From an uncultured Actinomycetes bacterium (lineage in GTDB: Bacteria; Actinomycetota; Actinomycetes; Streptosporangiales; Streptosporangiaceae): a DNA stretch of 64,000 nt. Below the pieces are notes generated by a model. It was not told the origin of the DNA and ran no database searches. It worked only from the letters and a program-made list of their open reading frames with translations. Both the position numbers and the translations under genes were made by a program. The stretch spans positions 79,158 through 143,157 of the forward strand of contig CAWGJL010000016.1 of the NCBI GenBank assembly GCA_963822765.1. Reading direction: 5' to 3'. Below are positions 36,501 to 45,909 of the stretch, piece by piece. Each line of letters starts with the position of its first letter. Within the stretch, counting starts at the first letter, position 1.

Positions 36501-37625
36501 GTCGAACGCGTCCAGCGACTGAGCCCAGCTCCGGCCCGGCCAGTAGTAGCGCGCCACGCCGTCGGCCGGCCGGTACTCGGCGGTGTACAGGGTCCCGAAA
36601 CCCTCGTGGAAACGCGTGGCGTACAGCGGGGACCGCAGGCACGCCGCCACCACGGCGGCCGCGTCGGCATGCTCGGCGAGCAGGTGCTCCAGGTGCTCCT
36701 GGCGCTCGACGGTGCGGATCGCCGCGGCGTACGGATCCCATTCCACCTGACCCTGGTAGTTGGTGGCCACGGCCCGGTCGGTGACCTGGGCTGGCCGGTC
36801 CGGGGCCAGGTACACGGTGGCCCGCTGTCCGGCGGCGTCCAGCACGGTGACGTTATAGGACATGTGGACCGGGATCCGGCGCAGCGCCGCCACGGCCTGC
36901 TCCGCGGTGGCGCAGGTCTCCAGCACGTACCGGATCACCAGCGGGATCCCGAACCCCTCGCCCACCTGCGGCCGCCCCCCGAACGTCAGCGAGACGGCGA
37001 GCCCGGCATCGTTCACCCCGTCGAGCAGTCCCCACAGGCAGTCCAGCATGCCGAGCACCCGGCGGCCGGTGTACGCGGTCCTGGCCACCACCGCGTCGAA
37101 CAGCCGGTAGTCCCAGTCGTAGTTGCGGATCAGCGCCGGGCCGCCGTCCAGGACCGCCGCCTGCGAGCACCCGGTGAGGAAGGGCGGCGGGTTCCACAGC
37201 GCCAGGGCCGGACCCGCGTCGGCCGCGCCGGGTCCGGTGATCATGCCGGTCAGCCGCTCCCACGCCGGCACGAGTTCGGGCATGTGCTCCTCGAGCCGGG
37301 CCCGGGCCTGGGCCGCGGTCGGCCGGGCGTTCGCGCCCTCCCGCCACCACCGTGAGAACGCCGGCCAGGTGCTGGCCAGGTGGTCGCGGATCAGGTCGCC
37401 GGGTTCGTCTTCGGCGAAGGCCCCCAGCGCCAGCGAGATCTCGCCCGCCGCGGGCGCCTGCTGCCACGGGACGGCGGGCACCGGCCCGGCGGCCCAGTCG
37501 GTGGCGGCGACCCGGGCCAGCCAGCCGCGCCAGTCCGACCAGTCCACGCCCTCGACCCACCGCTGCCAGTCCTGCCAGCTGGACGGCGGGGCCACCCGGC
37601 TCGTGCCGTCCTCGTCCTGTGCCAT
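36465..37625 (-). CDS. C45-family (acyl-CoA:6-APA acyltransferase-like) Ntn-hydrolase-fold protein
   Basis: Candidate nucleophile context [27 protein letters not shown]. Family assignment is tentative. Confidence 0.6.
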   Translation of the reverse strand: MAQDEDGTSRVAPPSSWQDWQRWVEGVDWSDWRGWLARVAATDWAAGPVPAVPWQQAPAAGEISLALGAFAEDEPGDLIRDHLASTWPAFSRWWREGANARPTAAQARARLEEHMPELVPAWERLTGMITGPGAADAGPALALWNPPPFLTGCSQAAVLDGGPALIRNYDWDYRLFDAVVARTAYTGRRVLGMLDCLWGLLDGVNDAGLAVSLTFGGRPQVGEGFGIPLVIRYVLETCATAEQAVAALRRIPVHMSYNVTVLDAAGQRATVYLAPDRPAQVTDRAVATNYQGQVEWDPYAAAIRTVERQEHLEHLLAEHADAAAVVAACLRSPLYATRFHEGFGTLYTAEYRPADGVARYYWPGRSWAQSLDAFDSGGIEIALGAP

Positions 37626-37664
37626 GCGACCTCCCGGCCGCTTCCCTCCCCACCCGGGCCCGGG

Positions 37665-38126
37665 TTAACCGCCCGCGGCCGTGACCGGCTCGGTGGCGTA
37701 CCGGGCCATGACGTCGGCTAGCGCCTCCGCCGGCCGCGGCCGGCCGTCGGCGGTCAGCTCGCGCAGGTCGCGGAAGTACTGCACGTAGAGGTCCGGGGTG
37801 AACGTGTTGAGGATGACGGCCGGCTCGTCGCCCGGGTTGGCGAACGTGTGCGGCGCGCCGGGCGGGACCATGACCAGGGTCCGGGGTGCCGCGTCGAAGG
37901 ACTTCTCGCCGCTGGTGAACCGGACCGTGCCGGACACCACGTAGAAGCCTTCGTCGTGCCGTTCGTGCCGGTGCTGCGGCGGCCCGGTGGTGTGCGGGGC
38001 CAGGACGATCTCGGCCATCCCCAGCCGGTGTGACGTGGTGCTGCCGTCTTCGATGATCCGGACGGTGGCCGGGCCGGACAGCGCCGGCTCGCCGTCCGCC
38101 GGGCCGACGACCGAGATCTCAGCCAT
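37665..38126 (-). CDS. Cupin-domain protein
   Basis: PQHRHERHDEGFYVVSGTVRF and VPPGAPHTFAN. ATG at 38126. The longer ORF to 38618 is a shadow. Confidence 0.8.
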   Translation of the reverse strand: MAEISVVGPADGEPALSGPATVRIIEDGSTTSHRLGMAEIVLAPHTTGPPQHRHERHDEGFYVVSGTVRFTSGEKSFDAAPRTLVMVPPGAPHTFANPGDEPAVILNTFTPDLYVQYFRDLRELTADGRPRPAEALADVMARYATEPVTAAGG

Positions 38127-38131
38127 GGCGC

Positions 38132-38926
38132 TCAGTGTCCCGGTCCGGTCGTCTCGGCGAAGTCCTGGACCGCCGCGAGCAGCCGGTCCGGCGTCTCGAG
38201 CTGAGGCAGGTGCCCGGCCTCGGCGATCAGCAGGAACCGGGCGCCCGGGATGGCCTTGGCGTACGCCCGCCCGTGCTCGACCGGGATCATCCGGTCGGCC
38301 TCGCCCCAGACCACGAGCACCGGGACGGTGATGTCGGGCAGGCGGTCCAGCAGCCCGGGGTCGGCCATGCCCGGCCCGCCGTAGACCGCCAGCGCGGCCC
38401 GGTTCCCGGCCAGCATCGCCTTCACCGCGTCCGGCATGTGGTCCAGGTCCAGGCGGAAGGCGTCCGGCCGGTAGTAGCTGAGCTCGGCCACCTGGTCCAT
38501 GGTCAGCGAGAAGAAGTCCGGGGACGGGTAGTCGGGGAGCACCAGCCCGGCCGCGTCGACCAGGACCACGCCGCTCACCCGGGGACTGCCGGCCAGCGCG
38601 ATCTCGGCCGCGATCCACCCGCCGATGGAGTTCCCGACCACGGTCACCCCGGTCAGCTCCAGCTCGTCGAGCAGCCCGGCGTACACGCGGGCCAGGGACC
38701 GCATGCTGTCCAGCCCCTCCGGGCGCGGCGTGCCGCCAAACCCCGGATGGACCGGAACGATCACCCGTCCCTGCGCGGCCAGCAGCTCAGCGAACCCCTC
38801 CACGGACTGCGGACCCGCCCCGCCGTGCAGCAGCAGGAACGGCCGCCCCTGTCCGCGCTCGGTCACCGCCACCGGCACTTCCCCGATCCCGCCGACGCTC
38901 ACCGTCACCACCGTGGTCTCCGCCAT
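38132..38926 (-). CDS. Alpha/beta-fold hydrolase
   Basis: LLLHGGAG, nucleophile elbow VGNSIGGW, C-terminal AGHLPQLE. Confidence 0.85.
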   Translation of the reverse strand: MAETTVVTVSVGGIGEVPVAVTERGQGRPFLLLHGGAGPQSVEGFAELLAAQGRVIVPVHPGFGGTPRPEGLDSMRSLARVYAGLLDELELTGVTVVGNSIGGWIAAEIALAGSPRVSGVVLVDAAGLVLPDYPSPDFFSLTMDQVAELSYYRPDAFRLDLDHMPDAVKAMLAGNRAALAVYGGPGMADPGLLDRLPDITVPVLVVWGEADRMIPVEHGRAYAKAIPGARFLLIAEAGHLPQLETPDRLLAAVQDFAETTGPGH

Positions 38927-38997
38927 GTCTCCGACTCCCTCATAAGAGTGAACTATCACGAGCAGGCTACGAGACCTGCCGTCATAATGCAAATCTC

Positions 38998-39031
38998 CTC
39001 TCATAAAGAGCATTAACTTGTTTAATGAGAG
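38998..39031. promoter_or_regulatory. Nested AT-rich inverted repeat, TetR operator candidate
   Basis: CTCTCATAAA...ATTAActtgtTTAAT..GAGAG. Lies between the divergent hydrolase and TetR genes, 22 nt before the TetR ATG. Confidence 0.45.
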
Positions 39032-39052
39032 TCAACTTCGTATGGTAAGCCT

Positions 39053-39829
39053 ATGACCACGAGCACCGGCACCGCCCCCGCCCCCGGCGCGTCCGCCACG
39101 GCCCCAGGCGCCCCCGCCGCGTCCATCGCGCCCGCATCCACCGCGCCGACCGCGGGCCGCGTGAACCAGAAGGCCCGCACTCGCGCCGCCATCGTCCGGG
39201 CCGTGCAGGACCTGGCCCGCGACGGCGCGGAGATCACCATGCCGTCGGTGGCCCGGGCGGCCCTGGTCTCCGAGGCCACCGCCTACCGGTACTTCCCCGA
39301 CCTGGTCTCGCTGCTGCTGGAATCCGACCTCGGTGTCTGGCCCGACCCCGCCGAGGCGCTGGCCCCGGTCGCGGCCAGCGCCGACCCGGTCGAACGCGTC
39401 GGCTACGCCGCCGAGGTCCTGTTCACCGGGATCGTGGCCCGGCAGAGCGCGGTCCGCGCCATGATCGCGGCCTCCGTCACCCGCCCCGACGTCGCCGCCC
39501 AGCGCCCCGGCCACCGGTTCGCCCTCATCGACCACGCCCTGGCCCCCCTAGCCAGCCCAAACCCCGAGGCCGGCGCAGACCCCGAGGTCCGCCCAGACCC
39601 CGATGTCGGCCCAGACCCCGATGTCGGCCCAGACCCCGAGGTCCTAGCCCAGCTCAAGCGCGACCTGGCCGTCGTCATGAGCGCCGAGGCCCTGTTCGTC
39701 CTCACTGACCTGTGCCGCCTGCCCCCCGCCGACGCCATAGCCAGCGCCGTCCACACCGCCCGCACCCTCACCGCCGCCGCCCTCCACCCCGGTTCCGCGT
39801 TTCACTCCAGTCCCACCCGCCCCAGCTAA
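39053..39829 (+). CDS. TetR-family transcriptional regulator
   Basis: HTH RAAIVRAVQDLARDGAEITMPSVARAALVSEATAYRYFP. Ala/Pro-rich N-terminus. Confidence 0.85.
   Translation: MTTSTGTAPAPGASATAPGAPAASIAPASTAPTAGRVNQKARTRAAIVRAVQDLARDGAEITMPSVARAALVSEATAYRYFPDLVSLLLESDLGVWPDPAEALAPVAASADPVERVGYAAEVLFTGIVARQSAVRAMIAASVTRPDVAAQRPGHRFALIDHALAPLASPNPEAGADPEVRPDPDVGPDPDVGPDPEVLAQLKRDLAVVMSAEALFVLTDLCRLPPADAIASAVHTARTLTAAALHPGSAFHSSPTRPS
39575..39646 (+). repeat. 18-bp in-frame tandem repeat x4 inside the TetR gene
   Basis: (g/c)cagaccccga(g/t)gtc(c/g)gc units encode ADPEVR-PDPDVG-PDPDVG-PDPEVL. Confidence 0.85.
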
Positions 39830-39845
39830 AGTCCCTCACCCAGCG

Positions 39846-39894
39846 GCATGATTGCGGCAATCATGCCGTCAGGTGCGCATGATTGCGGCAATCA
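39846..39894. promoter_or_regulatory. Two copies of the palindrome TGATTGC-G-GCAATCA
   Basis: 21-bp perfect palindrome GCATGATTGCGGCAATCATGC (39846-39866) and a second 15-bp copy (39880-39894). Upstream of the DUF559-type gene. Confidence 0.5.
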
Positions 39895-39942
39895 CGTCGT
39901 TGCCGGCGCCGGAATGTCGGTCCAGGTCCGCATGATCCTCCT

Positions 39943-40911
39943 ATGGGATCAACAACATGCCTTAACCAGGCGGGTCTGACCGTGATCCTCGATCGTCAGC
40001 TGGACGTGATCACGCGGCGACAAGCCCGGGCGGCCGGCGTCACGGAGAGCGCGCTGCGGCACCGGCTCCGGCCGGGCGGCCCCTGGCGGGTGCTGTTGCC
40101 GACCGTGTATATCGCCGCTACCGGTCTGCCCTCCATGGCTCAGCAGCAGGTAGCCGCTCAGCTGTACGGCGGAGCCCGAAGCGTGATCACCGGTTCGGCC
40201 GCCGTGCTTGCCCACGGCATCCGGGCTCCGCAGTCTGAGTTCGTGGACGTGCTTGTCCCGCTGAGTCGGCAGCGCCGGGATGCGGACTTCGCACGGTTGC
40301 ATCGGACCAGCCGCATGCCCGATCGCGTCTACGACTTCGGCCCAATCCGGTTTGCGCTCGCTCCTCGGGCGGTCGCGGACACGGTCCGCGGCCTGACCAG
40401 CTTGCGCGACGTGCGCGCGATCGTGGCCGACGCCGTGCAGCGGCGGCGGTGCGACGTGCACGAGCTCGTCACGGAACTCAACGCGGGAGCAATCCCGAGG
40501 TCGGCGCTGTTCCGCGAGGCGCTGGGTGACGTAGTCGACGGAATCCGGTCCACCGCGGAGGGAGATCTCAAAGATCTGCTCGTGGGATCCCGGCTTCCGA
40601 CGCCGCTATTCAACGCGTCCGTCTACGACGGCGACACGTTCGTCGCCCGGCCGGACGCATGGTGGCCGCAGTTCCGCGTCGCGGTCGAGGTCGATTCCCA
40701 CGAATGGCACCTGTCGCCGCACGATCACGCCCGGACGCTCGAGCGGCAGCGCCAGATGGCCAAGCGCGGCATCCTCATGCTGCCGTTTACCCCCCGGGAT
40801 ATCCGCACCCAGCCGGCCAAGGTGGTGGCCGCCATCCGGGACGCCCTCGACAGCGCCCGCGACGGCGCCCGCGAGCACCCCCTGGCGGAACTGCGTACCG
40901 TGGCGGCCTGA
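39943..40911 (+). CDS. AbiEi-like N-terminal domain / DUF559 (Vsr-like endonuclease fold) protein
   Basis: N-terminal VITRRQARAAGVTESALRHRL..G.W..LLPTVY. C-terminal ARPDAWWPQFRVAVEVDSHEWH...RQRQMAKRGILMLPFT. Confidence 0.7.
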   Translation: MGSTTCLNQAGLTVILDRQLDVITRRQARAAGVTESALRHRLRPGGPWRVLLPTVYIAATGLPSMAQQQVAAQLYGGARSVITGSAAVLAHGIRAPQSEFVDVLVPLSRQRRDADFARLHRTSRMPDRVYDFGPIRFALAPRAVADTVRGLTSLRDVRAIVADAVQRRRCDVHELVTELNAGAIPRSALFREALGDVVDGIRSTAEGDLKDLLVGSRLPTPLFNASVYDGDTFVARPDAWWPQFRVAVEVDSHEWHLSPHDHARTLERQRQMAKRGILMLPFTPRDIRTQPAKVVAAIRDALDSARDGAREHPLAELRTVAA

Positions 40912-40967
40912 CCGACGGGCCGGGATCAGCTGCCTAGGGGCTGCGCTGCGCGATCCCGTCCGGCGTC

Positions 40968-41480
40968 TTATAAAGCCTGGGGCGGGACCTCCGGCGACTG
41001 GTCGGCGATCAGCTTGCTCAGCTTGGCCAGCGAATCCTCCAGGTCCTGCGTGGTCACCACGTCGGCCAGCGCCAGCCGCACCGACGCGATCTCCCGCGCC
41101 AGGAACTCGGTGTCGGCCTGGGTCCGCGCCGCCACCTCCCGGTCCCGCTCGATGTTGGCCCGGTCCCGGTCGTCCTGCCGGTTCTGGGCCAGCAGGATCA
41201 GCGGCGCGGCGTAGGCCGCCTGGGTCGAGAAGGCCAGGTTGAGCAGGATGAACGGGTAGGGGTCCCAATGACGGATGAGGCCCAGGGTGTTGAGGATGAT
41301 CCAGCCGATCACCAGCACGGTCTGGCCGACGATGAATCGCCCGGTACCGAGGAACCGCGCCATCCCCTCCGCGAACCGCCCGAACGCGTCGGCGTCGTAG
41401 CGTGCGCCCATCTGCGGCGATCCGCGCGGAACGGACAGGTCGGCCCGGTCGCTGAGCCGGCGCAGGGAAATCCGTGACAT
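40968..41480 (-). CDS. DUF1003-domain membrane protein
   Basis: WDPYPFILLNLAFSTQAAYAAPLILLAQNRQDDRDR. Confidence 0.85.
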   Translation of the reverse strand: MSRISLRRLSDRADLSVPRGSPQMGARYDADAFGRFAEGMARFLGTGRFIVGQTVLVIGWIILNTLGLIRHWDPYPFILLNLAFSTQAAYAAPLILLAQNRQDDRDRANIERDREVAARTQADTEFLAREIASVRLALADVVTTQDLEDSLAKLSKLIADQSPEVPPQAL

Positions 41481-41482
41481 CG

Positions 41483-42682
41483 TCAGCCTCCCGTCTTCCG
41501 CCAGTTCGCGGGCAGCAAGTGGTCAAGCACGTCGTCCACGGTCACCGCGCCGACCAGACGGCCGTCCTCATCGCACACCGCCACGCTGACCAGGTTGTAG
41601 GCCGCGATCCGGGCCGCCAGGTCGCGTTCGGGCAGGTCCGGCCGGACGAAGATGCGCGCCTCGATGCACTCGCCGATCGGCACGGACGGGGCCCGGCGCA
41701 GCAGCCGCTGGAACCCGACGGTGCCGAGGTAGCGGCCGGTCGGTGTCACCATGGGTGGCTCGCACACGTACACCTGCGCGGCCGAGGTGATCGGCATGTC
41801 CGGGTCCCTGACCCGGGCCAGCACCTCGGCGACCGACGTCTCCGGGGTCACGATCAGCGGCTCGGAGGTCATCAGGCCGCCCGCCGTCTGCGGGCCGTAC
41901 CGCAGCAGCCGCCGCAGGTCCTCGGCCTGAACGCTCTCCATCGCGGTCAGCAGGCGTTCGCGCTGTTCGGCCGGCAACTCGGCCAGCAGGTCCGCGGCGT
42001 CGTCCGGCTGCATCTCTTCCACCACGTCGGCGCTGCGTTCCAGCCCGAGGCTGGCTAGCAGCCGGACCTGGTCCTGCTCGGGCATCTCCTCCAGCAGGTC
42101 GGCCAGTTGCTCGTCGTCCAGGCCCGCCGCGATCTGATCGCGGCGGGTCGGCGGCAGCCCCTCGACGGCGGTGGCCAGGTCGGCCGGCTGCAGCTCGCGC
42201 AGCTCAGCCAGCTGCTCGGTCAGCGGGTCGGTCTTGAACAGCTCCGGGTACTGGTCCCAGGGCACGATCTCCGGGCCGCGGTGCAGCAGGCTCCGGCCCC
42301 GTGAGACGGCCAGCGCGCAGACCTCCCAGCCGATCCGCTGCTGCTCGCTCTGGCTGATCGCCACGTCGACGACGCTCCCGTCCGTGACGTGCTGCCCGTA
42401 AAGCTCCGAGGCCAGGATCTCTCCGGTCCGGCGGGTGAAGCGGTCCAGGTCGACCGAAGCTCCCTTCAGGTGGGCGCCCTCGACGGAGATCTCCACGATC
42501 TGCCCGAGGTTGACGAAGATCCGGCGCCGCTGCAACGTCACGACCAGGCCCAGCGCCCGGGGCGGTTCCTTCGCGGCACCGGGCATGATCACGACGTCGC
42601 GGATCCGGCCGATGGTCAGGCCCTCGCTGTCCAGCAGCGGACGGCCCTTCAGCCTGGACGTGAATACCTGATGGCCCGACAT
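41483..42682 (-). CDS. MgtE N-terminal domain + tandem CBS protein lacking the MgtE membrane domain
   Basis: PRC-barrel-like start, MgtE_N helices (LADLLEEMPEQDQVRLL, AADLLAELPAEQRERLL), two CBS motifs, no TM region. Confidence 0.8.
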   Translation of the reverse strand: MSGHQVFTSRLKGRPLLDSEGLTIGRIRDVVIMPGAAKEPPRALGLVVTLQRRRIFVNLGQIVEISVEGAHLKGASVDLDRFTRRTGEILASELYGQHVTDGSVVDVAISQSEQQRIGWEVCALAVSRGRSLLHRGPEIVPWDQYPELFKTDPLTEQLAELRELQPADLATAVEGLPPTRRDQIAAGLDDEQLADLLEEMPEQDQVRLLASLGLERSADVVEEMQPDDAADLLAELPAEQRERLLTAMESVQAEDLRRLLRYGPQTAGGLMTSEPLIVTPETSVAEVLARVRDPDMPITSAAQVYVCEPPMVTPTGRYLGTVGFQRLLRRAPSVPIGECIEARIFVRPDLPERDLAARIAAYNLVSVAVCDEDGRLVGAVTVDDVLDHLLPANWRKTGG

Positions 42683-42826
42683 GACCCGGCATCTCCTCCT
42701 CGCGGCCGACCCGGCCGACCCGGCCAGCACCATTATCGGTTCAAGTCACCAGGTCAGGCGAGACTATGGTGAGCAGGCCGCTACCCAGGTATCCGGCCCG
42801 CTAAGCCGAGATAACCAGGGAGCACG

Positions 42827-44833
42827 ATGACCACTGCCACCGACGGTATCTTCTCGCCCATCCGGATCGGCACCATGTCGCTCGGCCACCGGCTCGTGGT
42901 CCCGCCGCACAGCGGCGGCGGCGGCGCGCTGCTCGGCACCGAGGAGCAGTTCGACCGGATGTGCCGGTACTGGCTGGCCCGCGTCGAGGGCGGCATGCAA
43001 TGGGTGGGCGGCGGCCCGGTGTTCGTCCGCAACCCGCTGATCCCCGGCTTCGAGCCGAGCGGAATCGGGGCCAACGCCGACGGTTTCTTCCGGCATCCGG
43101 CCTTCACCGACCGGATGGGCCGTTACATGGACCGGCTGCACGCCGCCGGCGGCTGCGGCACCGTGCAGATGGTGCTGCAGGGCGGGATGCCGATCGCGCC
43201 GTCGCAGACCCTGTCCGGCCATCTCGACCACGCCATCCCGCACCGGCTTGACCTGGACGAGATCGCGTGGCTGATCGCCGAGTACGGGGAATCGGCAAAG
43301 CTCGCCGCGCAGGCCGGCGCCGACGCGATCGAACTGCACAGCAATCATGACGACGTGCTGCAGTGGTTCCTGTCCCCGCGGACCAACCAGCGCGACGACC
43401 AGTACGGCGGCGACTTCGCGGGACGCCGCCGACTGGTAAAGGATGTCTGCGAGGCGATCCGCGGTCACGTGACCCGGCCCGTCACCCTGGGCCTGCGCCT
43501 GTGCCTGGACGAGCGGATCGACGGCGGCTACGGCGTCGAAGAATGCGCCGCTTTTGTCGAAGCCTTCACCGCGGACGGCACCGTCGACTACTTCAGCCTC
43601 GACATCGGCAGCAACTGGGGCTCGCCGAGCTACGTGCCGATCGGGACTCATCCCGAGGGGGAGTGGGCCGTCCTGGCCGGGCAGGTCAAGGCGGCCACGC
43701 ACCTACCCGTCGTCTACGCCGGCCGGGTGGTGCACCCGCGGGTCGCCGAGGCCATCCTGGCCGCCGGGCAGGCCGACCTGGTCGGGATGGCCCGGGCCCT
43801 GATCGCCGATCCGCGGCTGGTCGAGAAGACCCGCGCGGGCCGGCGCCCCGACATCCGCCCGTGCATCGCGGTCAACGACTGCATCAACCGGCGCTCCGGC
43901 GAGAATCTGCCGTTCGCCTGCTCGGTCAACCCGGACGCGGGCCGCGAGTTCGAAGGACCGACCGCGAAACCAAGGACGGTCCGCGACGTGCTGGTGGTCG
44001 GGGCGGGCCCGGCCGGGACCGAGGCCGCCGCGCTCGCCGCCGAGCTCGGGCACCGGGTAACACTGCTCGAACGCGGCGACCGGATCGGCGGCCAGCTCGC
44101 CGTGGCCGCGCTGGCCCGGATGAACCACCAGTACGCGGACTGGATCCAGTGGCAGGAGCGCCGACTCCGCCAACTCGGGGTCACCGTCGAGTTCAACCAC
44201 CAGGCGAGCCCGGACGACGTGCTGACCCGTGATCCGGAAGTAATCGTCGTAGCCACTGGCGCCCGGCCGCGCCTCCCCGGCATACCTGGCGTGGACCTGC
44301 CGCACGTGCTCACCTCGGTGGCCGCGCTGACCGACGGCATACCGCGCAGCGGATCGCCCGGCGGACCGCGCGGCGGAGCGCCCGGCGCACCGCCCGGCGA
44401 CCGGGTGGTCGTGGTGTCCGAAGACGACCGCGCGGCGCCGCTGGCCGTGGCCGATCACCTGGCCGGCGCCGGGCACCAGGTGACCCTGGTCTACCAGTCG
44501 CCCGCGCCGTCCCCGCAGGTCGGCAAGTACTCCATCGGGTCGGTGCTGGCCCGGCTGGACGCCGACGGCGTGCGCCTGGTGCCGATGGCGCGCGCCGTGG
44601 AGTTCCGGCCCGGCGCCGTCGAGCTGGCCCACTCCTACAGCGGCCGGCGCTGGACCCTCGACGGAATCGGCACCGTGGTCCTGGCCTGCGGGTCGGTCTC
44701 GGACGATACCCTGTACCACGCGCTGACAAAACAGCACCCCGCCGTGCACCTGCTAGGCGACGCGTACGCCCCCCGACGGCTCTCGTTCGCGACCCGCCAG
44801 GCCCGTGACCTGGTCCGCGCCGTGCTTACCTAA
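42827..44833 (+). CDS. NADH:flavin oxidoreductase (OYE TIM barrel) fused to an FAD/NAD(P)-binding domain (2,4-dienoyl-CoA reductase architecture)
   Basis: N-terminal OYE-like barrel (DAIELHSNHDDVL), Cys cluster RPCIAVNDCINR...ACSVNP, dinucleotide fold VLVVGAGPAGTEAA. Confidence 0.9.
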   Translation: MTTATDGIFSPIRIGTMSLGHRLVVPPHSGGGGALLGTEEQFDRMCRYWLARVEGGMQWVGGGPVFVRNPLIPGFEPSGIGANADGFFRHPAFTDRMGRYMDRLHAAGGCGTVQMVLQGGMPIAPSQTLSGHLDHAIPHRLDLDEIAWLIAEYGESAKLAAQAGADAIELHSNHDDVLQWFLSPRTNQRDDQYGGDFAGRRRLVKDVCEAIRGHVTRPVTLGLRLCLDERIDGGYGVEECAAFVEAFTADGTVDYFSLDIGSNWGSPSYVPIGTHPEGEWAVLAGQVKAATHLPVVYAGRVVHPRVAEAILAAGQADLVGMARALIADPRLVEKTRAGRRPDIRPCIAVNDCINRRSGENLPFACSVNPDAGREFEGPTAKPRTVRDVLVVGAGPAGTEAAALAAELGHRVTLLERGDRIGGQLAVAALARMNHQYADWIQWQERRLRQLGVTVEFNHQASPDDVLTRDPEVIVVATGARPRLPGIPGVDLPHVLTSVAALTDGIPRSGSPGGPRGGAPGAPPGDRVVVVSEDDRAAPLAVADHLAGAGHQVTLVYQSPAPSPQVGKYSIGSVLARLDADGVRLVPMARAVEFRPGAVELAHSYSGRRWTLDGIGTVVLACGSVSDDTLYHALTKQHPAVHLLGDAYAPRRLSFATRQARDLVRAVLT

Positions 44834-44844
44834 GCCGAACGCGG

Positions 44845-45813
44845 TCAGCGCCCCGCCAGCCGCGCCACGACCGGCGCGAACGCCTCCATGGAGCGCTGCG
44901 CGACGTTGATGTAGCTGACGCCGAGCTCGCCCCGTCGCTGCTCGAGTTGGTCGCAGATCTGGGGCACCGACCCGATCAGCGCATGCGGATGCGAGGCCAG
45001 CACCTCGTCCGGCACGCCGAACCGCCGGGCCATCGCGGCCACCGCCTCGGCGGGATCCTCGCTGATCGCGATGAAGTACGCCGCGATCTCCAGCTCGATG
45101 TCGCCGAACCGGTCGCCCGCGCCCTCCCGGATCCAGCCGATCTTCTCCGCGGTCGCCTCCCGGGTCGAGCTCGCCACGCTGCCCGCCCCGAGCTTCCCGG
45201 CCGCGTTGTTGAAGTTGATGCTCACGATGTCGGCCAGCCCGGCCAGCCGAAGCACCCGCGGCGCGCCCCCGCCGATAAACACCGGCGGATGCGGCTGCTG
45301 CACCGGCCGCGGCCGCCCGGCGAACCCGGAGGCCCGGACGAACGTAAGCGGCGAACCGGCCCAGTGCGCCTTGAGCAGCTCCACGGTTTCCGCCAGCCGC
45401 TCGATCCGAACCCCCGGACGATCCATCGCGATGCCGAGCCCCTCGTACTCGGCGGTCACCCACCCGGCCCCCAGCCCGACCTCTACCCGCCCGCCAGACA
45501 GCATGTCCAGCGTCGCGAGTTCCTTGGCCAGCACGACCGGATGGTGATAGTCGACGCAGAACACCCGGCAGCCGACCCGCAGCTCGCGAGTGCACATCGC
45601 GGCCGCGGTCATCGCGGTCAGCGGCGCGACGTCGACCGGCCGATGCCCGGACGCCGCCGAGATGTCCCCGGGTCCGAAGTAGTGGTCGGTCGTAAACAGG
45701 GTCGAGTAACCGAGATCCTCGGCCCGCCGGGCCAGGCCGGTCCACTGCGGGCCCGATTGAGCCTCAAACGCCTGCACCGAGAACCGGAACGGGCGGATTC
45801 TGCCGTCGCTCAC
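44845..45813 (-). CDS. LLM-class (luciferase-like) flavin/F420-dependent oxidoreductase
   Basis: FSVQAFEAQS...YSTLFTTDHY...LDMLSGGRVEVGLGAGW. The GTG at 45813 is preceded by AGGAGG. The longer ORF is a shadow. Confidence 0.85.
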   Translation of the reverse strand: MSDGRIRPFRFSVQAFEAQSGPQWTGLARRAEDLGYSTLFTTDHYFGPGDISAASGHRPVDVAPLTAMTAAAMCTRELRVGCRVFCVDYHHPVVLAKELATLDMLSGGRVEVGLGAGWVTAEYEGLGIAMDRPGVRIERLAETVELLKAHWAGSPLTFVRASGFAGRPRPVQQPHPPVFIGGGAPRVLRLAGLADIVSINFNNAAGKLGAGSVASSTREATAEKIGWIREGAGDRFGDIELEIAAYFIAISEDPAEAVAAMARRFGVPDEVLASHPHALIGSVPQICDQLEQRRGELGVSYINVAQRSMEAFAPVVARLAGR

Positions 45814-45909
45814 GGGCTCCTCCTGTTCTGCCCCCAACCCAATGGTTATTGTAGTCCGTGACAAGATAGTCGCGCCGGTCCGACAAAACGGACGGCCGGA
45901 GGGAGAGCC

